This document shows, in pieces, positions 9,119 through 19,539 of a stretch of 59,828 bases of DNA; the stretch's first letter is position 1; every line of letters begins with the position of its first letter. A model generated the notes under the pieces. The model worked only from the letters and a program-made list of their open reading frames with translations, did not search any database and was not told where the DNA came from. The DNA comes from Bacteroidales bacterium (GTDB lineage: Bacteria; Bacteroidota; Bacteroidia; Bacteroidales; GCA-2748055): the NCBI GenBank assembly GCA_040880545.1, contig JBBDIE010000194.1, positions 236-60,063 on the forward strand. The letters are read 5' to 3'. The position numbers were made by a program, and so were the translations under genes.

Positions 9119-10078
9119 ATGGAAGAGAATTTTGATCTGATGATCATTGGTGCTGGTGCCGCCGGCCTAACAGCAGGTATATATGCATCACGCGGAAAAA
9201 TAAATACGGTCATCCTGAATGAAGGCGCTGTGGGTGGACAGATGGTTCTCACCGAGGAGGTAGCCAACTACCCCGGAGTTGAAGCCACCAAAGGTTACAT
9301 ACTCGCCAATACCATGAAAACACAGGCGAAGAATTTCGGATGCAAGATAAAATCCAATATCACCATTACCGAATATGACCTGCAGGGTGATGTTAAAACT
9401 GTGAAGCTGGAAGATGGCAGGATATTCACCGCCGATGCAGTGATACTCACTCCCGGGGGAAGGCCCAGGTCATTAAATATTCCCGGTGAAGATAAGTTCA
9501 GGGGAACCGGGGTTTCCTATTGTGCCACATGCGACGGAGAATTTTTTACCGGTAAAGAGGTGATCGTGGTAGGCGGTGGGAATTCTGCGCTGGAGGAAGC
9601 GGTTGCCCTTACAAATTTTGCCACTAAAGTCACCATAGTCCACCAATTCGACCATTTTCAGGCATTTGAACATGCCGTTAACGAAGCCAAAAGCAACCCG
9701 AAGATACAATTCATCATGGAATCGGAACTGCGGGAATTTTCAGGCGATAACACACTGGAAAAGGTTACCATAGAACATCTGCCCACGGGCCGGATGTCGG
9801 AGATGAACGTTAATGGTGTATTTATTTTTGCAGGATATCTTCCCAATACCGAGGCGATTAAACCGTTCGTACAGTTGAACGAAAGAAACGAGATCATAGT
9901 GGACGGAGATATGAAAACCAGTGTTCCGGGGGTGTTTGCGGCGGGGGACTGTATTCCAAAAAAATACCGGCAGGTAACCACAGCAGTTGCCGATGGCACC
10001 ATCGCTGCCCTGAGCGCTTCAGAATACTTCAGGACCAAGCAATCACAGACCCTGCAATCCCCTACCCTGGCCGGATAA
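9119..10078 (+). CDS. thioredoxin reductase-like flavoprotein lacking the NADPH 2'-phosphate binding motif
   Basis: Has FAD motif GAGAAGLTAG, redox motif CATCDG, GGGNSALEEA, and C-terminal GVFAAGDC. The position of HRRxxxR reads VHQFDHFQA. The start is taken at MEENFDLMIIGAG. Confidence 0.85.
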   Translation: MEENFDLMIIGAGAAGLTAGIYASRGKINTVILNEGAVGGQMVLTEEVANYPGVEATKGYILANTMKTQAKNFGCKIKSNITITEYDLQGDVKTVKLEDGRIFTADAVILTPGGRPRSLNIPGEDKFRGTGVSYCATCDGEFFTGKEVIVVGGGNSALEEAVALTNFATKVTIVHQFDHFQAFEHAVNEAKSNPKIQFIMESELREFSGDNTLEKVTIEHLPTGRMSEMNVNGVFIFAGYLPNTEAIKPFVQLNERNEIIVDGDMKTSVPGVFAAGDCIPKKYRQVTTAVADGTIAALSASEYFRTKQSQTLQSPTLAG

Positions 10079-10114
10079 AGCCAAATGCCAGGTCAGTGAT
10101 GAGACAAAATTCAT

Positions 10115-10141
10115 ATCCCGGGGGAAACTCCGGGATTTTTG
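10115..10141 (+). terminator. intrinsic terminator after the reductase gene
   Basis: The stem atcccgg/ccgggat has an 8-nt loop and is followed by ttttt. Confidence 0.7.
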
Positions 10142-10275
10142 CTAAATCGTCAGAATGAAAACGCATAATCAGAGTCTGTCATTTAAGTAGAGTGGCTGGA
10201 TCATAAGATGCCTCATCAAAACAAAAATATCCCGTTAAAATTTGATATTCTCATTTTTTTTTGTATGTTACAGGT

Positions 10276-10572
10276 ATGTTGAAAAGATACATACTTATAC
10301 TAATCACAACAGTTTTGGTTGTGATATTTGCAGTTCAGAATGTGGGAATGGCAGACATAAAGCTCTGGTTTTTTGATACCAGTGCCTCCCTGTCACTGAT
10401 CATCATTCTTACATTCGTATTAGGTGCATTGGTAACACTTTTATTCGCATTCCAGGAGATCCGAAAACGGAATAAAAAGATTGGAGACCTGGAAGATAAA
10501 ATCAAGGTGTTTAAACTGAAGAATGCCACTGAAAAAACTAAACCCACAGAGTTCACTGAACCAAAAACCTAA
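10276..10572 (+). CDS. LapA-domain (DUF1049) small membrane protein
   Basis: Two TM segments with FAVQN...LSLIIILTFVLGALV, then a basic coiled tail. The ATG at 10276 is preferred over the TTG at 10261. Confidence 0.65.
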   Translation: MLKRYILILITTVLVVIFAVQNVGMADIKLWFFDTSASLSLIIILTFVLGALVTLLFAFQEIRKRNKKIGDLEDKIKVFKLKNATEKTKPTEFTEPKT

Positions 10573-10806
10573 GGCCTATAAGGCTTGTTGATGCTTCAGG
10601 AAGTAATCCTGAAGAAGTCATCAGCCAGACATAACCTTATTACTCAATTTAAACGGTGCCGCTGAAATTACCTGACTCAAGTAATAATGGGCAGTATTCA
10701 GCTATCCGCTAAAGGCAAGTTGACCATAGCACTGCTTGTTCAACTGTCAGGAGAATTTGAAGGAATCTTAATTATCAATTTTTATAAAACTAAAAAATCG
10801 AATATT

Positions 10807-11253
10807 ATGACAACGAAAGAAAATGAAAAGAATAAAAATGATCAAGGCTTTTGGGATGAAGCAAAGGAAAATATAAACGAGGGTGCAAAAGTCATTGGAG
10901 ACGAAATGCGTGATCTTGGAGATAAAATTTCTGCATATTCCGAAGAGATTTTCGGAAAGATCAAAGAACATACCGGGGATATGGTACAATCAGGAAAAGA
11001 TCTCACACAGGAAGCTGTTAACAAAGCGCAGGAGATGGCTGAAAAGTACCGTGACCAGAATGAGATCCGAAAGCTCAATGAAGAAAAGAAAAAGGTTGCG
11101 GCCCAATTGGGAATGCATTTTTATCTGATTTTGAAAAACAATGACAATAAGGTGCCGTCTTCGATTTTACGAAGAAAGGCGATCAAATCAACCCTGGAAC
11201 AGATGGAATCATTGGACCAGCAAATCCTGGATCTTTCAGATGAAGATAAATAA
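10807..11253 (+). CDS. hypothetical coiled-coil protein
   Basis: A charged K/E-rich ORF. The start is placed at the internal Met (MTTKENEK), because the upstream part of the track ORF looks non-coding. Confidence 0.55.
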   Translation: MTTKENEKNKNDQGFWDEAKENINEGAKVIGDEMRDLGDKISAYSEEIFGKIKEHTGDMVQSGKDLTQEAVNKAQEMAEKYRDQNEIRKLNEEKKKVAAQLGMHFYLILKNNDNKVPSSILRRKAIKSTLEQMESLDQQILDLSDEDK

Positions 11254-11413
11254 TGATCACTTCTGATTTATTTTACATGATTGGGTCCATTGGAACCTGC
11301 CTTTATTAATTATAAAAAAACCAGGACCACATGTCAATTGTTTTATCTTTAGGGAATCTGCATTTAAGGCAGGTTTCCTTTGAATTACATTTTATTTACA
11401 AAAACAACTTTAT

Positions 11414-11941
11414 ATGAACCTGATAAACAGATCCAACCCGTTGATATTTGCACTTCAGGGATTACTGATGCTTGGTATCGGTGTATTTATCCTGATCAGG
11501 CCGGATGTGACACTCGCGGCACTGACCAGTCTGCTGGGAATAATCTTAATAGTATCCGGGGGGTTTCTAGCCTTCAGTGCCTGGTATGGAAGAGAAACTA
11601 CAAACCAGTTCCTGCTGTTTGAAGGCGTTGTTGTGGCCAGTCTTGGCCTCCTGTTTGTCCTTTTTCCCGGTTTGCTGGCCAATGTATTCATAGTACTGCT
11701 GGGCATCATCACTTTTCTAAGCGGCCTGGTAAACCTTTGGTTATTAATCAAAGTCCGGGCAAAAATTACCAGTACCGGTTTTTTACGCAATACACTGGTG
11801 CTGTTGTTTGGAATATTCCTCCTGGCCAACCCCATGCGGGGACAGGAAGCCATTGCAATGATCATCGGGATATTTGCCCTGGTCTTTGGAATTATAACAT
11901 TGCATGGGGCCTACCGAATATTCAGGGTAAAGAATAATTGA
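11414..11941 (+). CDS. HdeD/DUF308-family membrane protein
   Basis: Six predicted TM helices with the repeated pattern GxxxIxxG typical of DUF308. It ends in TGA. Confidence 0.7.
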   Translation: MNLINRSNPLIFALQGLLMLGIGVFILIRPDVTLAALTSLLGIILIVSGGFLAFSAWYGRETTNQFLLFEGVVVASLGLLFVLFPGLLANVFIVLLGIITFLSGLVNLWLLIKVRAKITSTGFLRNTLVLLFGIFLLANPMRGQEAIAMIIGIFALVFGIITLHGAYRIFRVKNN

Positions 11942-13127
11942 ATGGGGATGAAATTACTTCCAGGCACGCCCTGCTGTTATGATAGGGACATTTCCAGAAT
12001 CCAGCCTTCTCTTCAATGAAATATGGCCTGCCCTGTTTATCCACACGCCAGTGCCATTCTCCATTTTCTTTATCGATCATGTAATTCTGAATAAAACGCC
12101 AGCTCTGCATCGCTGCATCAAGAAATTCCGGAAGCCCGGAAATCCTGTGGGCATGATAATAACCGACTATTGCTTCCGCCTGCGGCCACCAGTGTTTATC
12201 AGTATCCCATCGTTCATCAGTGGGGAAATATTCGTAAAATAATCCCCCGTCATTGTCCAACCCCTTCATGTTTTGTCTGGCAATTTTCACAGCCAGGGTA
12301 CCACATTGCTCCTTGAGATCCTCATCATCCAGTACATCTGCAGCTTCATGCAGCAGCCATGAACATTCAATATCATGGCCGAAAGAAACCAGGTCCGACT
12401 TCAGGTTCCAGTCTTCATCAAAAAACAGATTCAGATGCCCCGATTCATTCAGAAAATAGTTCGTAAACAGATAAACAAGGTTTCTTAACTGCACCTTTAG
12501 TTCACTGTTTTCCCACACCCTGTACAGGTTGGTGTATGCCTCCAGAATATGAAGGTGTGTATTCATGGTCTTGCTCTCGTTCAGGTCCTTCTCACTGAGT
12601 CTCAGATCACCCTCCAGCTCCCAATTTCTTGTAAACGCTTCGAAATAACCATTCTTTACCGGATCGAAACTATGCTTCTCAATGTCAAGATACAACCCAA
12701 CCGCAATATCCAACGCCTCCTGGTTACCTGTTGCCCTGTAATATTCAGTCATTCCATAAATGGTGAATGCCTGGGCATAGATCTGTTTCTTTGGATCCAA
12801 CGGATTCCCCTGGTAATCCAGCTTCCAAAACACACCGCCCCATTCTCTGTCAAGAAAATTATTTTTGATATAATCATAAGCCCTGTCTGCCGACGCAAGG
12901 TATTCCGGTTGTTTCAAAATCCGGAAGGAGGAACTAAAGGTCCAGAGGATCCGGGCATTCAGAACCGAACCTTTGTTGGCACGTGGAGAGGGGGCCCCTT
13001 CAAAATCGATGTGCCCGATAAATCCCCCGTGTTCCCGGTCGGGCGTATGATTCAACCAGAAAGGTAATATATTTCCGGTCAATTCCTGATGTAGTTCATC
13101 TTTTAATTTCTGGATTATATAATTCAT
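11922..13127 (-). CDS. AGE-family epimerase/isomerase (N-acylglucosamine 2-epimerase / cellobiose 2-epimerase type)
   Basis: 401 aa with alpha/alpha-toroid style repeats (FWLNH..D.EHGGF, WGGVFW, HDIECSWLL, WWPQAE). The 3' end overlaps the convergent DUF308 gene by 20 bp. Confidence 0.8.
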   Translation of the reverse strand: MNYIIQKLKDELHQELTGNILPFWLNHTPDREHGGFIGHIDFEGAPSPRANKGSVLNARILWTFSSSFRILKQPEYLASADRAYDYIKNNFLDREWGGVFWKLDYQGNPLDPKKQIYAQAFTIYGMTEYYRATGNQEALDIAVGLYLDIEKHSFDPVKNGYFEAFTRNWELEGDLRLSEKDLNESKTMNTHLHILEAYTNLYRVWENSELKVQLRNLVYLFTNYFLNESGHLNLFFDEDWNLKSDLVSFGHDIECSWLLHEAADVLDDEDLKEQCGTLAVKIARQNMKGLDNDGGLFYEYFPTDERWDTDKHWWPQAEAIVGYYHAHRISGLPEFLDAAMQSWRFIQNYMIDKENGEWHWRVDKQGRPYFIEEKAGFWKCPYHNSRACLEVISSPFNYSLP

Positions 13128-13333
13128 ACAATGTGTTCGATTACTCAGGGTAAACGTAAAGCGGGTTGATCAATATCTTGATTACAGAGGGATCGTTTCT
13201 GAGCAGCTTCAACATTCCAGGAGTAGCATCTTTCACGCCACCACTTCATACATGGACGGTACATGTCCAGGAAAGTGCCCATATAAGTATTGCCGTTAAC
13301 AGATTTATGTTCCTCATAATCAACTATTATTAA

Positions 13334-15322
13334 TTATTCGGTGATCCCTTTCCAGTTGTCTGTCCTGAACGGTGATGCCGGCAGCTCTGCTGAATTCTCC
13401 AGGTTACATTCCGGATTTATGGACCAGCCGTAACGAACAGCTACAGGGTCCGGTACCGAAGGAGATGACACCTCTACCTTACCTCCGTGAATTTCAGCAT
13501 CTGCCCAGTAAAAGACCTTATCTTCACCTGCGATGGAAAATCCTTTCAGGGGTGCTCCGTCCCTGGTCTGTAATCCTTCATATACATGGTCAAAACCAAT
13601 GGAGATCGTTTTGTCTGATCTGTCGATGGTACGGTACACCGGACCGCTGTAGGGAATATCTTTTCCATATACCAGGGCCAGGGCATTTAATGCAAGTCGC
13701 TTCCCCACGTCTTGTTTATTTCCCGGGTGAATATCCAGTGCATCCCCGATATCAATTGCCACTGCCATTCCTGTATTCGGCAGTTCAAGCGCCATGGTTT
13801 GTGCCTCACGTAATTCGGCCCAGGTATCTTCAACAGGTATACTGTTTGTACGCTGGAACCCGGCAAGCTGAACAAACAGGAACGGAAAATCATCCTGCCC
13901 CCAACTCGTACGCCAGTCATTGATCATCAGACTGAACAACTTCCTGTATTGGTAGGCTCTTCCAGCATTGCTCTCTCCCTGATACCAGGTGGCTCCCCTG
14001 ATTGTGAAGGGGATCAAAGGATGGATCATGGCATTGTACAGTACCGACACCTGGTTCGGGTTATAGGGGGAAACCGGATTGGTTTTCACATCCCTGAAAT
14101 CGAACCCTTTGGCCGCTTTCCACCCCTGCGCAATGGAAATGACCCGGCCATTTTCTGATTTAATATAAAAATCTTTCTCCTCACTCATAAATCCTCCACC
14201 CCCGGTATTGTCCAGGATCCGGATTACTATCCGGTTCATCCCGGGTTGCACAAGTTCTGAGGGGACTTCGTATTCGCGTACCTTGTCCCACCGCCGGTCT
14301 TCACCAACTTTTACACCGTTAAATCAAGCTTCATCGTAATCGTCCGGGGCACCGTATGACAGCAAAACCGACTTTCCTGCAAAAGACTCAGGTAGCTCCA
14401 CATCTTTTACAAACCAGCCGGAACCATCGAAATTCCCCAGTTCAGTTTCTTCCCACATTACCGGGAGGTCTACCGACAACCATGACTCCGTATCCACTGC
14501 TTCTGTCGCGTAAACAGACGCGCCATCCTTCAGTCCCGGATCAAGCTGAATAATTTCCTCTTGCTGCGCTTCCATATCTTCCCTGTATTTCTGCTCAATC
14601 TCAGACTGGTTGCCGCTTACCAACTCTAGTGCAGCCAGTTTTTCATCGAAATCCCTCATGCTGCCCAGCGCAGTTTTGCTTGTCCAGGCTTCTGCTACAG
14701 TACCTCCCCAGGCAGTCTGTATCAATCCCACCGGAACCTTCAATTCCTTATGTATCTTTCTTCCGAAAAAATAGCCTGTGGCTGAAAAATCTTTGGCAAT
14801 CTCCGGAATACAGGCATTCCACCCATTTGTACGAATGGTATCCACCGGACTAAATGTGAGATTTCGTTCAACAGTGAACAACCGGATGTCAGGATAATCG
14901 GCATTGGCCACCTCCTCCTCCGCATTGTTTAGATTTGCCCAATTGCTTATCATGGGCATCTCCATATTCGACTGGCCGGAGCAGATCCAGACCTCTCCCG
15001 TCAATACATCACTAAATATTATGGTGTCGAATGATGAACTTATAACCAACGCATCCGGTCCCCCATAAGTTTCTTCATCCAATACCACTTTCCAATGTCC
15101 GTCCTTGCCGGTTTTTGCAGTTACTTCCTGGTCCCTGAATAGAACTGTGATTCTCGCTGATGGTGTAGCCTTCCCCCAGATATTTACCGGTTTATTGGCT
15201 TGCAGTACCATGTGATCGCCAAATATAGGAGCCGGTTCAATGAATTTATCCTGTTGCGATTCACAACTGACACTGATGATGAATATCGCGAATAAAGCGA
15301 TAAGAGAAATTTTGCATTTCAT
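13334..15322 (-). pseudogene. sialate O-acetylesterase (SASA family) interrupted by one in-frame TGA
   Basis: Track ORFs 14324..15322 and 13334..14251 are in the same frame. Reading through gives ...GAPDDYDEA-TGA-FNGVKVGEDRRWDKVREYEVPSELVQPGMNRIVIRILDNTGGGGF.... The N-terminal part has a signal peptide and the GQSNME esterase motif. Confidence 0.8.
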
Positions 15323-15418
15323 AAGTATTCCCGTTTATTGGTAAATTGAACTGATTAACCTATAAAACTAAGAAATAATTTGAATGAATCTGATTATGTG
15401 CTGAAATCCAGAAACTTC

Positions 15419-16453
15419 TTACATCAGGAAGATGCCACTTTTCCTGCAATGATCCATCATCTGTCCCGGCCAGAGACTTGCCTGCACCTCTCCGATATGC
15501 GCCTTTCTGAGAAAATACATGCAGAGTCGCGACTGCCCTATACCTCCGCCAATGGATTCAGGAAACTCACCTGCCAGTAGTCGCTTATGGAAGAACAAAG
15601 ACTGTCGCTCTTCTGCTCCCCGGATCTTCAGCTGATGCAACATTGCTTCAGCATCCACCCGGATACCCATGGAGGAAAGTTCAAATGCACGTTCCAGTAC
15701 CGGGTTCCATACTATAATATCACCATTCAGGCCGTGGTAACCGCTAACCGTTTCAGTAGACCAGTCATCATAATCGGGGGCCCTTCCGTCGTGGGGCTCT
15801 CCTGATACAAGTTTGTTGCCGATACCAATGATGAAAACAGCGTTGTGTTTTTTTGCAATGATATCTTCCCGCTCTTTGGGTGTAAGATCCGGATATTCAG
15901 CTTCCAACTCCTCGGTATGTATAAAGGTGATCTCTTCCGGTAAGGTGGGAACGATCTCCGGATGGTTCTCATAAATAATAAATTCAGTCCGCTTAATCAC
16001 CGCATAAATCCTGTTTACCACATCCTTCAGGTACGCCAGGTTCCGTTGCTCAGGTTGAATGATCTTCTCCCAATCCCACTGATCCACGTAAATGGAATGC
16101 AAATTATCCAGCTCCTCGTCGGGCCGGAGGGCATTCATATCGGTATATATCCCGAATCCGTTGGCGATCTCATAATCGGCCAGCATCATACGCTTCCATT
16201 TGGCCAGGGAATGTACAATCTCTGCCGTAACCCCCTCCATATCCTTTACCGGAAAACTCACCGCCCGTTCTATCCCGTTCAGATCATCATTGATTCCTGT
16301 TCCCTGCTGTACAAACAACGGCGCCGTCACACGCCGTAATTTTAACTCCGAAGCCAGGCTCTCCTGGAAAAAATCCTTGATCATCTTGATCGCCCGTTCC
16401 GTCTCTTTCAAATCTAAATAGGAATTGTAATTCTTAGGGATAATAAGTTTCAT
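15419..16453 (-). CDS. asnA: aspartate--ammonia ligase (asparagine synthetase A)
   Basis: AsnA-specific layout (class II aaRS-like) with LDLKETERAI, GINDDLNG and SMGIRVD. The start is at MKLIIPKNY. Confidence 0.9.
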   Translation of the reverse strand: MKLIIPKNYNSYLDLKETERAIKMIKDFFQESLASELKLRRVTAPLFVQQGTGINDDLNGIERAVSFPVKDMEGVTAEIVHSLAKWKRMMLADYEIANGFGIYTDMNALRPDEELDNLHSIYVDQWDWEKIIQPEQRNLAYLKDVVNRIYAVIKRTEFIIYENHPEIVPTLPEEITFIHTEELEAEYPDLTPKEREDIIAKKHNAVFIIGIGNKLVSGEPHDGRAPDYDDWSTETVSGYHGLNGDIIVWNPVLERAFELSSMGIRVDAEAMLHQLKIRGAEERQSLFFHKRLLAGEFPESIGGGIGQSRLCMYFLRKAHIGEVQASLWPGQMMDHCRKSGIFLM

Positions 16454-16853
16454 ATTTTTATTATTTTGTTTGTACAAATAACAGATTTTAGATTAAGAAT
16501 TCAAAATGGTTTCGAATTGGAATTTATATTCAACCTGACCATATTGGTACCGTATGCAAATAACCTGATCATCTCCTCAAGGAACATGCCTGTTTTGATC
16601 ATTGGCAATAGATTCTTGAACTTCTTCCGGATTATTTGTAATTTTATTGTGTTGCATGTCGTCATTTGAATGTAACTGGTGTCTGTCAATAAGGTGGAGA
16701 GGCTGGATTATACTATTCGAGATCAATGGGTGCGGGGCTTGCGAAAACCAGAAATCAGGAAAACTGACATTTGCCGGCATGATCGTTTTGGAGTCAAGCA
16801 TAACACAGCTATTGACATTTTCTTACAAGCAATAACTGATAATCCGACGCATA

Positions 16854-19106
16854 ATGGAACAAAGAAATACCATCAGGAAAAGCATGTTACTCCTCATGCT
16901 TATTTGTTTTTTCGCAACATTGGATGTGGGAGCTTCTTCTGAGACAGACGACCCTGTTTACATTTACTGTGATCAAACCGGGCCCGCTGAAGATTTTGCA
17001 GTGAAAAAGCTGAAAGGCTTCCTGGGATTAAATGGATCCAGGGTGGAGGTTCAGGACCTGAAAGGGTATAAAAGTTCTGAGAACAGAAAAATCACAAGTT
17101 ATTTTCTTCTGAATCAACAAAATCCAAATTATAAAAGCCACAGCACGCTATTTACCGGAAATATTGATCCTTCTCTAATGCCGGAGGGCTTTTCAATTGA
17201 AAGGAGCAATTCGGGTATCACGATAACAGGTGCTGATGATACCGGTCTGCTATATGGAGTGTACGAGTTAATTGAACGCTTTGAGATGGAAGATATCCAC
17301 AAAATCACAAGCTTCCAATCAGCGCCAAAACTGGCATTCAGAGGTATTAAATTTAATTTACCCTGGTCAACTTATCGTGTGCATGAGTCACTCTCCATGC
17401 ACTATGAAACTTGCCGGGATTTACAGTTCTGGGAAAAGTTCCTGGATATGATGTCTGAAAACAGGTTTAATCACCTGACACTGTGGGCAATTCATCCCTG
17501 GACGTATATGGTAAAACCGACCAATTATCCTGAAGCATCCGGGTTAACCGACCGGGAATTGTTGGAATGGCAGAATTTCTGGCATTCGTTGTTTGCAATG
17601 GCCAATGAGAGATGTATAAAAGTGCTTATGGTTAACTGGAACATTTTTGTTTCTCCTGAGTTTGCCAAAGCTCATAATGTGGCCCTTTACAGTACAGAGT
17701 TATCAAGCGGATACAACGGCAAAGGAGATTATTCCACCTTGGTCCAGGAGTACAATAAGGATGTGGTAAGACAGGTATTGGAGGAATATCCTGAACTTTC
17801 AGGGCTTGGTATTAGTCAGAATGAGCGGATGGAAGGCAGGACAGAGGAGGAATGGCAAAATTGGATCGTTGATACCTACTTTAATATATTAAACCAGGCT
17901 GAGGGAAACAAGGAATTAATGATGCGGGGTCATACGCATCCAAGCCCGGAGCTGACGCGCGATGCCATTGAAAAAAATAAAGAAATTTTCAAGGGTCCGG
18001 TATGGATTTCTTTGAAGTTTAACTGGTCCCATGCGTTTGCATCTCCAAAATTATTCTATATCCACGGAGGATCCACATCTGATTCATTCTGGAATCCGCA
18101 TCCCGTCGATTATAAGATTTTATTTAAAATCAGGAACGAAGATTTCTTTATTCTGAGATGGGGTCAGCCGGACTATATACGCGAGTTGATCAGGGAAAAC
18201 AGCCAGCCTTATATCGATGGATATACAATAGGTTCAGAAACTTATATTCCGGCAAAAGAATACACCACGAAACCCGGGGAACACCTTACATGGGATTATG
18301 GATTTGAAAAACAGTGGCTATTCTATAAGCTTTGGGGGCGCCTTATGTATGATCCTGAGATATCGGATGAAGTCTTCGAACTCGGCTTTGACAAGAAATA
18401 CGGACCAGGAACAGGTAAGTTTTTACTGGGGGCCTCCGCCAAAGCAGGAAATATGCCCCTTCGTTTAGCTACTTATTTCTCCTCGTCCTGGGACTTTACC
18501 TTATATTCTGAAGGATTTATCTCCGGTGCAACACAAACCTGGCGGGGTCAATACTACGATAAAACTTCCGCATTTCTATCCATAGAGGAGATCATTCATA
18601 GTAAGACCCTTGATCCTCAATGGATGAATATACGGGAATATGTGGATATGATAAATAATGAATATCCAATTCCCGCATCCAGACTTACTCCCGCCAAACT
18701 GGCCCGCCAACTGGAAGACGATGGGCTGGAAGCCCTCAGCCTTTTAAGTTCGGTTGCAGGTACAGATGCCACCCTTTTGCACGAAATTGCCGATCAAAAA
18801 GCCTGGGCCTACCTGAGCCTCTATTTTGCATCCAAGCTGAGGGCCGGTATCGATTTGCAACTATATCGCACTTCAGGAATTATGGAAAACAAAGAAAGTG
18901 CACTATCACATATTGAACAGGCTTTGATCCATTGGGAAAAGTTATGCCTTACCATGGATCCGTATGCAAAGGAGATCCCCTTGCTGCATCTGGGGGATGA
19001 TTACATAACAACCAAATTCAGCAAGCCGGTTGAACGATTTTCCTGGAGGGCCTTCTCTGACCAGGTTTTACGTGATGTGGAAATTGTCAGAAACAGCAGG
19101 AATTAA
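16854..19106 (+). CDS. uncharacterised secreted glycoside-hydrolase-like protein
   Basis: 750 aa with a signal peptide. The N-terminal module (ITITGADDTGLLYGVYELIERF) resembles the zincin-like N-domains of GH20/GH67/GH115-type enzymes. A probable TIM-barrel region follows (FRGIKFNLPW...NRFNHLTLW). No family could be assigned by eye. Confidence 0.5.
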   Translation: MEQRNTIRKSMLLLMLICFFATLDVGASSETDDPVYIYCDQTGPAEDFAVKKLKGFLGLNGSRVEVQDLKGYKSSENRKITSYFLLNQQNPNYKSHSTLFTGNIDPSLMPEGFSIERSNSGITITGADDTGLLYGVYELIERFEMEDIHKITSFQSAPKLAFRGIKFNLPWSTYRVHESLSMHYETCRDLQFWEKFLDMMSENRFNHLTLWAIHPWTYMVKPTNYPEASGLTDRELLEWQNFWHSLFAMANERCIKVLMVNWNIFVSPEFAKAHNVALYSTELSSGYNGKGDYSTLVQEYNKDVVRQVLEEYPELSGLGISQNERMEGRTEEEWQNWIVDTYFNILNQAEGNKELMMRGHTHPSPELTRDAIEKNKEIFKGPVWISLKFNWSHAFASPKLFYIHGGSTSDSFWNPHPVDYKILFKIRNEDFFILRWGQPDYIRELIRENSQPYIDGYTIGSETYIPAKEYTTKPGEHLTWDYGFEKQWLFYKLWGRLMYDPEISDEVFELGFDKKYGPGTGKFLLGASAKAGNMPLRLATYFSSSWDFTLYSEGFISGATQTWRGQYYDKTSAFLSIEEIIHSKTLDPQWMNIREYVDMINNEYPIPASRLTPAKLARQLEDDGLEALSLLSSVAGTDATLLHEIADQKAWAYLSLYFASKLRAGIDLQLYRTSGIMENKESALSHIEQALIHWEKLCLTMDPYAKEIPLLHLGDDYITTKFSKPVERFSWRAFSDQVLRDVEIVRNSRN

Positions 19107-19539
19107 AGAATCATCGTGAAACTCCTATACCTGGTTTCCTATTGCAATCCATTGGTCATTTACCCGGAAAAGTAAAAATGCTCCAACGATGAATTCCAGC
19201 ACCCGCTCCCAATTATGCATTCATCAGGAAATTTATTAATTTCACGTTCTGATTTTCAGAAAGCTTAATACAGGAAGGATCACTAAATCTGAAAGTGCGA
19301 TTCCGTGATCTTTCCGGTATATATACATATTCACGTTACATCCCGGTTCATTATTGAATTATGCATATAATAAAATGTAATGTTCAATAAAATATTATAT
19401 CATATTGTTCAGTTGAAAATAACAGGTAATAATTCGGGAAAATTCTTAATGATATGGTTAAACTTTCAAGCATTATGGCAGTCTAATGAAACTGCCGTGG
19501 CATTGTCTGAAATATGGAGCCCTCAAATGAACTAATTAA

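Noticed and set aside
13246-14326. In-frame TGA codons as selenocysteine or as reassigned sense codons (code 4 or 25).
   Set aside because: The long genes in the window (919, 1020 and 1035 aa) contain no in-frame TGA, and several genes clearly terminate at TGA. I found no SECIS-like hairpin directly downstream of either TGA, and neither context is a redox CxxU-type motif. A nonsense mutation or sequencing error is more likely.
16501-16801. Two overlapping small minus-strand ORFs (62 and 74 aa) in the asnA upstream spacer, considered as a decayed gene.
   Set aside because: The region is AT-rich, the composition is not protein-like, and no motif was recognised. This cannot be supported without a homology search.
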